DNA from: a virus
Direction: 5' to 3' (one strand)
IMG/VR virus record: IMGVR_UViG_3300010158_000028
Coordinates: 1 to 64,000 of that record
Length of the DNA stretch: 64,000 bases
The position numbers and the translations under genes were made by a program. Numbering within the stretch: position 1 is the first letter of the stretch; the number at the start of each line of letters is the position of its first letter. This document shows, one piece after another, positions 35,481 through 44,985 of this stretch. The notes beneath the pieces are model-generated. The model searched no databases and was not told where the DNA came from. It was given only the letters and a program-made list of their open reading frames with translations.

Positions 35481-36562
35481 TCCCTTAGTAATTGTTCACA
35501 TTTAGATTCATCCATATTAATTAAATGTCCGTTGGTTGTAACTAACCGCATACCTCTGATTAAATGCTTAACTGGTTCAACTGATCTACCCATTGACTCA
35601 TGTTGTAACTTGTTCACTCTATACTCATTATCACCAGTGAATTCATAGATAAAATCTTTTGCTGGTTGTTTATATGTGTTCCATGTATCACCCAACTTAA
35701 CATCTAAATTGGACATTGCCCATCGTTGGTAATATAAACTATTAAAGAAACTTATCTTGTTATCAAATATAGTTATATCATTGACTGCTGCTATGGCACG
35801 ACTCTTAACATGATCCCATTTGTGTGTGAAGGTTAACATCCAATATAAATCTGCAACTGTTTTAATAGGCACAGGAAACTTCTCTATCTGTTGTTCAATA
35901 TAATCTATTGTAATATACAACCGTTTATGTTTTTCGGTATGCAAATAGAATTCATTATGATTATATAACTTAGAGTAGTGTTGTTTCCTCATCTCACCCA
36001 TATCTCTCATAATGTTACACCCCCATATCTGATCACCACATGTACCATCAATAGGTAACACATCAAGATCAAATAGCTTCTTATCAAAGAATTCTAGATT
36101 CTTTAACATGACCACATCGGCATTCTTTAAGTAAGTATCATAGAATAGTGGATACTCTTCTTTGATGGCATACTCTGAGGTATAGATTCTAACTCTATTC
36201 AACCAATCACTATTTGTCATCATTAGAGCAACCAATGCAACTGTTGAATCAATACCACCTGACCAGAATACGCAAACTTTTCTATTACCTGCAACTGACC
36301 ATATATCTTCTGCAGTCTTTAATGATGTTTCAGTGAATGTATCTGAAGTATTAAACTCTGTAGGTATAGGTGTGCCATCAAAATTAAATACAAACTCATG
36401 GTTTCTATTAATTGGTCCTGATATGTTTAATAGATTACCAACACAGAACAATGCCATTAAATCAAAGACTCTTTCTTTTTGTGTGAGGTAATAGTCTTTG
36501 ATTGCTATTTGTATTATTTGTTCTCTGACTACATCATCAATATAATATTTTATCTTATGCAT
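35465..36562 (-). CDS. PP-loop adenine-nucleotide alpha-hydrolase-like protein
   Basis: 'FWSGGIDSTVAL', 'GTCGDQIWG', 'YKQPAKDFIYEFTGDNEY..NK'. Confidence 0.78.
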   Translation of the reverse strand: MHKIKYYIDDVVREQIIQIAIKDYYLTQKERVFDLMALFCVGNLLNISGPINRNHEFVFNFDGTPIPTEFNTSDTFTETSLKTAEDIWSVAGNRKVCVFWSGGIDSTVALVALMMTNSDWLNRVRIYTSEYAIKEEYPLFYDTYLKNADVVMLKNLEFFDKKLFDLDVLPIDGTCGDQIWGCNIMRDMGEMRKQHYSKLYNHNEFYLHTEKHKRLYITIDYIEQQIEKFPVPIKTVADLYWMLTFTHKWDHVKSRAIAAVNDITIFDNKISFFNSLYYQRWAMSNLDVKLGDTWNTYKQPAKDFIYEFTGDNEYRVNKLQHESMGRSVEPVKHLIRGMRLVTTNGHLINMDESKCEQLLRECYTK

Positions 36563-37482
36563 TACTTCTTCATTATTGCTTTAGACCATTGTTTATCATC
36601 AATAACCAAAAACTCATGGAATTCTTTTGGTCCGTATGCCCATATGGTCACATTCTCTTGTTTAACTTTATCTTTCACATCCTGTTTATCTAATGCCGAT
36701 AATACTGCACTGGTTACTTCATCGGCAATTTTTCTATCATAATTCTTTGGTGCAACAATACCAAACCAACCAGGATAATTGAATGATTGTTTAGTCATCT
36801 CTTGAACTGTAGGTATAGTATTCATTAAAATATCACGATGGGTTGTTGTAATAGCAACTGCTCGCAACTTACCAGAATCAATATGTGCTTTTGTTCCTTG
36901 AATACCACTGACTAATAGAGGTGTTGAACCAGACATTACAGTCAGCAGTCCATCACTAGTGCCTCTATGTGGAATAGCCTCAACTTTAAAATTGAATTTG
37001 ATACCTAACTGTTCAATGATTAGATTATTGGCACCTGCAGTACCAGCAGAGGCAATATTAATAATACCATATTTCTTTGATAGAGTGGGCAACTCTAATA
37101 GATTCTTCATTACAAAATTAGGATGTGCAGATATCAAATAAGGATATGCACCAACACCAACAACTGCTTTGAATTCTTCTAGAGGTATGTAACTCAGGTT
37201 GTTTAGATATGCGGTGATCAATAAACTATTTGGTGTGAACAACAATACATTATCTCTGATTGCTTTTTGACGACCAACATCACCACCTGCGCCGCCAACA
37301 TTTTCAATAATAATAGTTTTATTTAAAGTCTTTGATGCTTCTTTGGCTAGAATTCTAGCAACTAAATCTGTACCACCACCGGGTGGAAATGGTACAATCA
37401 TTTTTATATCTGCGGCACTAACATTTAATGATAAAATCATGCCAATTAAAATACTAAACCAATTCATAATACTTCCTTTCAA
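36562..37482 (-). CDS. Bug/TctC substrate-binding protein
   Basis: Signal peptide; 'IVPFPPGGGTDLVAR', 'IENVGGAGG', 'GKLRAVA', 'WFGIVAP'. Confidence 0.9.
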   Translation of the reverse strand: MKGSIMNWFSILIGMILSLNVSAADIKMIVPFPPGGGTDLVARILAKEASKTLNKTIIIENVGGAGGDVGRQKAIRDNVLLFTPNSLLITAYLNNLSYIPLEEFKAVVGVGAYPYLISAHPNFVMKNLLELPTLSKKYGIINIASAGTAGANNLIIEQLGIKFNFKVEAIPHRGTSDGLLTVMSGSTPLLVSGIQGTKAHIDSGKLRAVAITTTHRDILMNTIPTVQEMTKQSFNYPGWFGIVAPKNYDRKIADEVTSAVLSALDKQDVKDKVKQENVTIWAYGPKEFHEFLVIDDKQWSKAIMKK

Positions 37483-37976
37483 TTCAATAATGTGTTTAGA
37501 ACTACAACCTGTTCATTTACCTCTTCTGTTGTTGTTGCTGATTGTATATTGTTTGCAACATTTAATATATTTTGTTTTAGTGTTACATTATCTATAAGAG
37601 TAACAATGTTTTGAATGACCAAATGATTATTACCTATTGTATCAAGTGCATCAATAAAATGTTCCGTAATTAATTGTTCTTTTATAACAACTATTTTGGA
37701 TTGATCAAATGACCATTTATTCTTTTCAATATCAAATACAACATCGTTGATTTCTGGCTTTTCTCTAGTAACAATACTATATTCTGTAGTTGAACCTTTC
37801 TCAATTGGTTTACCATCCTCATCAATATAGTATGCACGAATCCATGTTTCTAATTCATCGGACCAAATAGAATCATATGGTAAATCAACATGATAAGGTA
37901 CATACTTATGGATTCTTACATCATTATCTTCAACTACACCTAAGTATTCACCCTTTGAATTTATAGCATAACTCAT
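37479..37976 (-). CDS. hypothetical protein, possibly tail-fibre-assembly-like
   Basis: Downstream of the adhesin-like gene; 'GEYLG' and 'W..E...W' repeats. Confidence 0.4.
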   Translation of the reverse strand: MSYAINSKGEYLGVVEDNDVRIHKYVPYHVDLPYDSIWSDELETWIRAYYIDEDGKPIEKGSTTEYSIVTREKPEINDVVFDIEKNKWSFDQSKIVVIKEQLITEHFIDALDTIGNNHLVIQNIVTLIDNVTLKQNILNVANNIQSATTTEEVNEQVVVLNTLLN

Positions 37977-38356
37977 TCTATTTTACCTATCAATTCGTTT
38001 TTGAGATTGTTAATGGTTTCAATTTCAGTAACATTGGTACTATCATTGATTACTGTAATACCAGTGGTTAATACTTGAACTTTAAAATCACTATTCACTG
38101 TAGTTAGAATTTTATTAATCTCACTGTAGTTATTAATCTTTTTAGAAACATCAACAATTAGATTCTTTAAAGCAGTTTGTTTATAATCTTCAAATACATT
38201 AAATGTTGATGTTGAACCATCTTCATATACTATTGATACACCATCTTCTTCAAAGGTTACTTTCTCACCATCATAGATAAATGTACCAATATTATATGTA
38301 TTGGCATTTTTATACATGTTGTATATAACTTTTGCTTCGTTTTGTATTTTAGCCAT
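37973..38356 (-). CDS. hypothetical protein
   Basis: Coupled ORF. Confidence 0.5.
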   Translation of the reverse strand: MAKIQNEAKVIYNMYKNANTYNIGTFIYDGEKVTFEEDGVSIVYEDGSTSTFNVFEDYKQTALKNLIVDVSKKINNYSEINKILTTVNSDFKVQVLTTGITVINDSTNVTEIETINNLKNELIGKIE

Positions 38357-38362
38357 TTGTTA

Positions 38363-39106
38363 TTACCATGTTAATGTAAACCAACCAAGATATCCATTTG
38401 CTTCTGTGTTGTTACCTGTTGCGTTATTGAAACCACTCCACCAATTTGATACAGTAACATTATTACCTGCATCACCAGTATTCCAAGCACTAGGATATGT
38501 TCTCAATTCAACTGAATTTGTTGATATCTTAGTAATTCGATAGGTGTAAGCGACATTTCCTTGAGCATAAAAACCACCTTCACCACCACTAGAAGCACCA
38601 ACATCAGTGTTAGTACTAACACCCAATGCAACAACATCTATACTTTGCCACCAATGGAATCTTGTATATGTATTAGTTGTATCATACCTATATTTTTGTC
38701 CATCAGCATTACCATTGTATCCTGCCGTGTTATCTGCTCCTCTTGCACGATATTGTAACCATACAGCACGAAGATCCGAACTTGGAGCTTGTTGATTTAT
38801 TTCTGGTCTACCACCCATTGCGGCAACTGTAAGCCAAACACTACCATCTACCCGATCTAATGAATATGCACTAGCAGCAAAATACTGTCCAACAGAAATA
38901 AGAGACTGAGAAATTCCAGATGGTTTTGATGTGCCATAAAAATTACTAAATGCAATTGCGCCTGATCCAGGTATATTGGTATTTGATGAATCATTAGCCA
39001 CATATGAACCACCTCTATAGTATTCACTCATACTAACAGGATTGGTTCCACCAAATTCCGTTTGTATTTCAGTTAATGCTAATGCACCAGAACTTTGAAT
39101 AGTCAT
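38363..39106 (-). CDS. putative tail-fibre tip/adhesin-like virion protein
   Basis: N-terminal 'SSGALALTEIQTEFGGTNPVSMSEYYRGG..SGAIAFSNFYG' module common in phage fibre-associated proteins; aromatic, Gly-rich C-terminus. Confidence 0.6.
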   Translation of the reverse strand: MTIQSSGALALTEIQTEFGGTNPVSMSEYYRGGSYVANDSSNTNIPGSGAIAFSNFYGTSKPSGISQSLISVGQYFAASAYSLDRVDGSVWLTVAAMGGRPEINQQAPSSDLRAVWLQYRARGADNTAGYNGNADGQKYRYDTTNTYTRFHWWQSIDVVALGVSTNTDVGASSGGEGGFYAQGNVAYTYRITKISTNSVELRTYPSAWNTGDAGNNVTVSNWWSGFNNATGNNTEANGYLGWFTLTW

Positions 39107-39115
39107 TTAATGCCT

Positions 39116-39403
39116 TTACCAATTAATTTTTTCTTCTTCATCATCGTCTAATGATGGTATATTTATCGCAAAATCTTCAGGCTTTAACATATACTCGCCT
39201 GCTCTTCTGCGATTAAGGTTTTCTATAGCATATTTATTCATCCTGGAAGTGGCAATTCCTTCAGGTGTTCTATAGTATTCAGTCAATTTAAGACTGCGTT
39301 TTAGTTTGCCCTCTTGACTGTGTTTTCGAGCATTACCACAACTTTGACTACAATATGGTCCTCGTTTGTTGTGTTCTTTGCCACATCTTGGGCACTCTTT
39401 CAT
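39116..39403 (-). CDS. Zn-finger protein
   Basis: CPRC..YCSQSC. Confidence 0.6.
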   Translation of the reverse strand: MKECPRCGKEHNKRGPYCSQSCGNARKHSQEGKLKRSLKLTEYYRTPEGIATSRMNKYAIENLNRRRAGEYMLKPEDFAINIPSLDDDEEEKINW

Positions 39404-39621
39404 GCCAATAAATTATTGATATAATAAACTGCTTCAGCCTCGCTAGTGAAATATCGTATTAGAACTTCATCACTAGCAATAGACTGAAACAGTATCAATA
39501 CATTATCACCACATATTGAGAACTTAATGATCCATCCATTCCTAATAACAGGAATAAAACTTTTTGTATTACTTCTTATTGCCTGAAAAGGCGTAATTTC
39601 CTTGGATGATTTGTTTTGCAT
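39400..39621 (-). CDS. hypothetical protein
   Basis: ORF overlapping its neighbours. Confidence 0.5.
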   Translation of the reverse strand: MQNKSSKEITPFQAIRSNTKSFIPVIRNGWIIKFSICGDNVLILFQSIASDEVLIRYFTSEAEAVYYINNLLA

Positions 39622-39781
39622 TTTCTGTACCAGTTTCCATAAATTTTACCATACTATCTAAGTATGTATTCTTTTCAGAACCTGTGAATTTACTAAATGC
39701 ATCTACATATGATTTAACTGCACCAACCTGAACATCAATCAAATCTACTGCCAACTCTTGTGTTTTCTTTGTATCAAACAT
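39569..39781 (-). CDS. small amphipathic helical protein, phasin-like
   Basis: AAGGA RBS; 'AVDLIDVQVGAVKSYVDAFSKF' amphipathic pattern. Confidence 0.4.
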   Translation of the reverse strand: MFDTKKTQELAVDLIDVQVGAVKSYVDAFSKFTGSEKNTYLDSMVKFMETGTENAKQIIQGNYAFSGNKK

Positions 39782-39938
39782 GATTCTTTTTCCTTAATGA
39801 ACGTGCTTCAATTAATGTTTCTACCATAATTTTAATGAAATTTTTAATCTTTTCTAACATTTTTGTCCTCTTTAGTAAAGGCCTCACAATGAAGCCTCTA
39901 CTATTATATATCAAAAAATGACACAATGCAACAATAAT

Positions 39939-40718
39939 TTAAGATGATATATTTACAACCTTCGCATTAGATATTTTCACTTGGGCATCTTCTTGTTGTA
40001 TCCGTGCTAAGATATAATCTTTTACCAATGATGACCTAACTATATCTTCAACGGTAAATTCAATCCGTGTAAATGCTGCCATATGCATAGCAATATCAAA
40101 GAACTTTAATATGCCACTCATATCATTCTTACGTTTGGTTAAATCTGTTTGCCTATAATCACCGCACCATATAATTTTAGACCTATAACCTACCCGTGTC
40201 ATAACAGTATCAATCTCTTCAAAATTTAAATTCTGCATCTCATCCACAATAATGATTGCATCATCAAAAGACATCCCACGGATAAATGAGGTTGATATGA
40301 ACTGAACATAACCTTGTTCTTCTAATCGGTCCCATGCATCTTTCCGATCAAATAAGGTATGACAGATTTGTTTGTATGGTTGCTGGTAAATATCCATCTT
40401 TTCATCTACATCACCAGGCAAGTGTCCCATCTCTCTTGACTGAACTGCAGACCTAACTACAATGATTTTCTTGAATGGATTTGATTTGTCTAAAACTTCT
40501 TCTAGTGCTTTGTATAATGCACAGAATGTTTTACCTGTACCTGCAACACCGTGTAATGCTATAAAATAATCACCGTGTCTATATGCTTCAAAGAATGACT
40601 TTTGGTTCTCTGTTAATGGTTGAAATGTTTTTAGGTCATCAATTCTGATTTTAAGTGTTTGATGAGTCTTGGTTGTTTGTCTTTCAACGACATTATTTGC
40701 AGATTGTTTTCTGGACAT
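39939..40718 (-). CDS. phoH: PhoH-family ATPase
   Basis: 'GVAGTGKT', 'GHLPG', 'FIRGMSF', 'VDEMQN', 'GDYRQTD', 'DIVRS'. Confidence 0.93.
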   Translation of the reverse strand: MSRKQSANNVVERQTTKTHQTLKIRIDDLKTFQPLTENQKSFFEAYRHGDYFIALHGVAGTGKTFCALYKALEEVLDKSNPFKKIIVVRSAVQSREMGHLPGDVDEKMDIYQQPYKQICHTLFDRKDAWDRLEEQGYVQFISTSFIRGMSFDDAIIIVDEMQNLNFEEIDTVMTRVGYRSKIIWCGDYRQTDLTKRKNDMSGILKFFDIAMHMAAFTRIEFTVEDIVRSSLVKDYILARIQQEDAQVKISNAKVVNISS

Positions 40719-41119
40719 ATTATTCCCTTTAAATGGGCTCTGTGTATTTTACACGATACCCAACTGTTATAGTATTCTTCAGATAACAAAGCATTTCTTG
40801 TAAATATTTCATATGTTTCCCAATAAGAACAAGGTGCTCTTGTTTTGCATAAATGTAATATTGTGCGTTTGAAATTCTCCTTTCCGTATTGTTGAACATC
40901 TTTCTTTACTTCATCAGAGGAAGACCAATAGGTCAACCAATCAGATTGTTTTCTGATTTTCTTTTTCTTACCTTTGATTTGTTGTGTACCAGATTTGGTA
41001 AAGAACTTACGACCGATATACTTTTTACCAGTCGTAAGATTCTCTATGAGATAAACGAAACCGTAATAGGTTTCTACATCTTCTTGTGTGAATTCAATAT
41101 TATTATAAAACCATGTCAT
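40631..41119 (-). CDS. GIY-YIG endonuclease (T4 endonuclease II-like)
   Basis: 'GFVYLIEN..GKKYIGRK', 'YWSSS', 'YYN'. Confidence 0.8.
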   Translation of the reverse strand: MTWFYNNIEFTQEDVETYYGFVYLIENLTTGKKYIGRKFFTKSGTQQIKGKKKKIRKQSDWLTYWSSSDEVKKDVQQYGKENFKRTILHLCKTRAPCSYWETYEIFTRNALLSEEYYNSWVSCKIHRAHLKGIICPENNLQIMSLKDKQPRLIKHLKSELMT

Positions 41120-41135
41120 AATAATATATAGTCAA

Positions 41136-41282
41136 TTAGATATCTTCGTTTTGATATTCTTTATTTACTATCAGATATTCAGCACAGAACGGACAATATG
41201 TGGGACTATCTTCACAATCATCCTCATCGTAAATTATTTTATACTTTGAGTCACAATTGTCACAGTGATGTTTTAAAATCAT
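41136..41282 (-). CDS. small Zn-ribbon protein (not in the ORF track)
   Basis: AAGGA RBS; CDNC..CPFC; 48 aa. Confidence 0.65.
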   Translation of the reverse strand: MILKHHCDNCDSKYKIIYDEDDCEDSPTYCPFCAEYLIVNKEYQNEDI

Positions 41283-41292
41283 TTTCTATTCC

Positions 41293-42288
41293 TTATGATG
41301 CTTTCCCCCATACATCTCCCCATGAACCTCCTAATGCACCCTTTGCGTAATCTGTAGCACGATTCTCAAAAAAGTTTGTATGAACTGGTGCATTGATCAT
41401 CTCTTCAACCCATGGTAAGGGATTGCGTTTAACTTTATAAATGCCTTTAAGACCCAATGATATCAGTCTACGATCAGCAATATATCTTATATATGTTTTA
41501 ACATCTTTGGGTGTTAAACCTTCAATTGCACCTAGATTGAAACACAAATCGATGAACTTATCTTCCAACTCAACCATTCTCTCTGCAATACTATAGATTC
41601 TTTCTTTCAAATCATCATTCCATATCTCTTTGTTCTCTTCAATAAAGGTTCTAAACAACTTAATCATAGACTCAGCGTGCATTGTTTCATCTACAATAGA
41701 CCATGTAATAATCTGTCCCATACCCCTCATCTTACCATGTCGAGGAAAGTTTAATAACATAATGAATGAACTAAACAACTGCATACCTTCAGTAAATGCA
41801 CTGAATACAGCGATATGCGTAGCAGTATTATCTATTGTAGAATTCTGTCCTGATATATCTGTTACATAATCATGTTTCTCTACCATCTCTTTGTATTTCA
41901 TGAATTCATTATAGGTAGACTCTGGCATACCTAATGTTTCAATAAGATGACTATATGCTGCAATGTGTAATGCTTCTCTTGCTGCAAATCCCATCAACAT
42001 CATACGAACTTCTGGTTGAGGAAAATGGGGTAGATAGTTATTAACATAACCACCTGCAACATCAATATCACCTTGAGTAAAGAATCTAAAAATGTTTGTA
42101 AGAAATTTCTTTTCTTCGTCTGTTAGTTTCTTTTTCCAATCTTTAACATCTTCTAGCATTGGTACTTCACTATGAATCCAATGAGATTGTTCATGTTTCA
42201 ACCATGCATCATAGGCCCATGGATAGTTAAACGGTTTGAATGATACTCTCGTGTCTGTCAGTTTTGATTTTGTTTTTGCGGCGTTCAT
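41293..42288 (-). CDS. nrdB: ribonucleotide reductase class Ia beta subunit
   Basis: 'FFTQGD', 'EALHIAAYS', 'EGMQLFSSF', 'DETMH', 'NFFENRATDY'. Confidence 0.95.
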   Translation of the reverse strand: MNAAKTKSKLTDTRVSFKPFNYPWAYDAWLKHEQSHWIHSEVPMLEDVKDWKKKLTDEEKKFLTNIFRFFTQGDIDVAGGYVNNYLPHFPQPEVRMMLMGFAAREALHIAAYSHLIETLGMPESTYNEFMKYKEMVEKHDYVTDISGQNSTIDNTATHIAVFSAFTEGMQLFSSFIMLLNFPRHGKMRGMGQIITWSIVDETMHAESMIKLFRTFIEENKEIWNDDLKERIYSIAERMVELEDKFIDLCFNLGAIEGLTPKDVKTYIRYIADRRLISLGLKGIYKVKRNPLPWVEEMINAPVHTNFFENRATDYAKGALGGSWGDVWGKAS

Positions 42289-42517
42289 ATTTCTTTGCTC
42301 CAATAATTGTTACATTGCTTTCTGTTTCTATCCATACTCTTGCACCACAAGATAATGGTTTATCTGGACTATACACTATTTTTGAAGGACCGTCAATAGA
42401 TACTTCATGACCATAAGTGTTTGTCTTTCCTTGTTTAACTGTAAGAACTGGTTCATTTTCTTTGTGTATTCTGTTACTCTTTATTATGTGTTGATTAACA
42501 TGAATAATAGTTTTCAT
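42227..42517 (-). CDS. conserved phage protein
   Basis: 'IHVNQHII' and 'PLSCGARVWIET'. Confidence 0.7.
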   Translation of the reverse strand: MKTIIHVNQHIIKSNRIHKENEPVLTVKQGKTNTYGHEVSIDGPSKIVYSPDKPLSCGARVWIETESNVTIIGAKKYERRKNKIKTDRHESIIQTV

Positions 42518-42520
42518 TTT

Positions 42521-44329
42521 TTATCCTTCGCAAGCTAGACACTCGTTACCCTGAGCAATGGCAGTCATGTCTAATTCTTTAATTATGTTTCGTTCAATTC
42601 GTTTTGATATCTTATCTGCTTTACCAATCTTTTCACTACGGCAATAGTATAGTGTTTTCAGTCCACGTTTCCATGCTAAGAAGTGACAAGCATGTATGTA
42701 TTTGATATTTGCATCTGGTCTAAAGAATAGATTTAATGATTGTGATTGGTCAATATACAATTGTCTATCTGCAGCATGTTCAATTACCCACCGTTGATCT
42801 ATCTCCATTGATGTTTTGAATATATCTTTTTGATATGCATCTAAAATATCTAAATGTTGAACTGAACCATCATTAGCAATAATACTAGACCAGATATCAT
42901 TATAATCATTTTGATTAACTAAACCAGAATCATCTGCTAATTTAGTTTGAATGAATCTATCTAACCATTTGTTCTTTGCTAATGACGATCCAGATAATGT
43001 ATCCTGACGATAAGCATTAGCACGATAAGGCTCAATAGAAGGACTAGTGTTTCCCATAATGATAGAACTGGAAGCATTTGGTGCAATAGCCATAAGATGG
43101 GAGAAACGCAAACCACTGCCAACAGCATCTGGAGCTTCTCCTCTAAGTTGCCCCAACTCTTTATTGGCTTCATCTAGTTTACTCCTTATATTTTTAAACA
43201 TTCTAATGTTAGCTGATTTAGCAGAGGCACTTTCAAATGCAATTAGGTTCTTTTGTAGATACGCATGAAAACCGAGAGCGCCAACACCAATAGACCGTTC
43301 ACGCATAGCAGAATATCGTGCCCTTGATATGCTGTCAGGAGCATTATCAATGAAATACTGAAGAACATTATCGAGCATCTCTGCGGTGTCTCTAAGAAAT
43401 AATTTATCATCTTTCCAATCATCATAATACTCCAAGTTAAGTGAAGATAAACAACATACTGCTGTTCTATCTTTATTAGTCGGTAGAATAATCTCACTAC
43501 ACAAATTGCTTTGTTGAATCTTTAATCCTAATTTCTTTTGAAACTCTGGCATCTTAGCATTACTTGTATCAATATAATGAACATATGGTTCACCAGTCAA
43601 CATTCTATTCTCTAATAGTTTTTGCCATAACTCTCTTGCAGATACAACTTCACGAACAACACCTGAATTAGGATCTTTTAATTCCCATGAATCATCTGCT
43701 TGTGTATCATACATTGACTTCTCAACTAATCGCATGAAGTCATCTGTTACATTAACACCATGATGGAGATTCAATGCACGAAGATTTTGATCACCAGTAG
43801 GTTTTCTCATATCAAGAAACAATAAAATATCTGGATGTGATATATCTAAGTATGCTGCATAACTACCTCTACGTGTTCTGCCTTGACGATATGCTAAACA
43901 ACTTGCATCATATGTTTTTAGATGTGGCATGATGCCTACTGATTTATCATCTGAACTACGAATACCTAGACCAATACCTACACCACCACCTAACATTGAT
44001 AACCAGTTAACCTCCGATAAGCAATCGACCAGACCTTCAGCACTATCATGCAGATAAGGTAGAAAACAAGAAATAGGCAACCCACGCCTACTCCTCCCAA
44101 AAGAAAGAATAGGAGTAGAATATGACAACCAATGCTTACTGGAATAATCATAAAGACGTTGACCATGAGCTGAATCAGTTGCGAACATTTTTGATACATA
44201 AGCAAATCTCTCTTGTGGTAAAACTTCATCATCTTTCATGTAACTTTCTTTTAGTCTTTTCAAACCTAACTCATCAAACAAACTATCTCTACTGTAATCT
44301 ATTACTATCTCCGACATTTCATACTCCAT
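42521..44329 (-). CDS. nrdA: ribonucleotide reductase class Ia alpha subunit (no ATP cone)
   Basis: 'PISCF', 'SNLCSEI', 'APNASSS', 'TLYY', C-terminal CLAC. Confidence 0.95.
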   Translation of the reverse strand: MEYEMSEIVIDYSRDSLFDELGLKRLKESYMKDDEVLPQERFAYVSKMFATDSAHGQRLYDYSSKHWLSYSTPILSFGRSRRGLPISCFLPYLHDSAEGLVDCLSEVNWLSMLGGGVGIGLGIRSSDDKSVGIMPHLKTYDASCLAYRQGRTRRGSYAAYLDISHPDILLFLDMRKPTGDQNLRALNLHHGVNVTDDFMRLVEKSMYDTQADDSWELKDPNSGVVREVVSARELWQKLLENRMLTGEPYVHYIDTSNAKMPEFQKKLGLKIQQSNLCSEIILPTNKDRTAVCCLSSLNLEYYDDWKDDKLFLRDTAEMLDNVLQYFIDNAPDSISRARYSAMRERSIGVGALGFHAYLQKNLIAFESASAKSANIRMFKNIRSKLDEANKELGQLRGEAPDAVGSGLRFSHLMAIAPNASSSIIMGNTSPSIEPYRANAYRQDTLSGSSLAKNKWLDRFIQTKLADDSGLVNQNDYNDIWSSIIANDGSVQHLDILDAYQKDIFKTSMEIDQRWVIEHAADRQLYIDQSQSLNLFFRPDANIKYIHACHFLAWKRGLKTLYYCRSEKIGKADKISKRIERNIIKELDMTAIAQGNECLACEG

Positions 44330-44331
44330 TT

Positions 44332-44982
44332 TTATTGTTCTATAAATTCTTTTATCATAGGAAAAATTGGTTCAATTATATTTGCACATTCTATTGCAAT
44401 CTCTCTGTGTTCTTTTTGTGTACCGTTGCCACTTCGTAATTGTATATAATGTATCCAACTTCTCACTGTGCCATTCATGTATAACTTAGACATGGTCATA
44501 CCTTCTGGCATTACTGCTCTTGCTTGTTCTTTCGCAATACCATTATCTATTGCCCATTGATAAGCATTCATTGCATGATTAGATACTACTACTTGTTGCA
44601 TACGCCATTGATTCTCTAATTCTTCATTATCAGTTTCAATACTATTTTGACGATTCTTTGTATCTTGGAGTCTTGCTTCTTTGTATTCAACACCTAATAT
44701 TGTTGCATTAGCATATCGTTGACTAAACTCTTGAAAACTAAAACTACGGTGTCTTAAAATCTGTCGTGCAATATCTCTTGTTGTTGATATCTCTAAACAA
44801 ATATTGACAACCTCAAATGGTGACCAATGATTGTTTTTAATCAAATATTGAATTAACTTTTGAGAATTCAACATATTGTTTTGATTATCAGGATTGGATA
44901 CTCTTGCACAGTGCGCCACTTGTGTTTCTATATCACCGTCTAATTCATGAAACTTACTATAACTGATTAACTTTACTTGCAT
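44332..44982 (-). CDS. thyX: FAD-dependent thymidylate synthase
   Basis: 'HWSPFE', 'RHRSFSFQEFSQRY', 'TQKEHR'. Confidence 0.95.
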   Translation of the reverse strand: MQVKLISYSKFHELDGDIETQVAHCARVSNPDNQNNMLNSQKLIQYLIKNNHWSPFEVVNICLEISTTRDIARQILRHRSFSFQEFSQRYANATILGVEYKEARLQDTKNRQNSIETDNEELENQWRMQQVVVSNHAMNAYQWAIDNGIAKEQARAVMPEGMTMSKLYMNGTVRSWIHYIQLRSGNGTQKEHREIAIECANIIEPIFPMIKEFIEQ

Positions 44983-44985
44983 AAT

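Noticed and set aside
33310-36562. QueC / 7-deazaguanine DNA modification or lasso-peptide cluster
   Set aside because: There is no QueC Cys/Zn motif, no queD, queE, folE or dpdA, and no lasso precursor or B protein is recognisable.
41293-44982. Introns or inteins in nrdA, nrdB or thyX
   Set aside because: The ORFs are continuous and of ordinary length, with no intein motifs.
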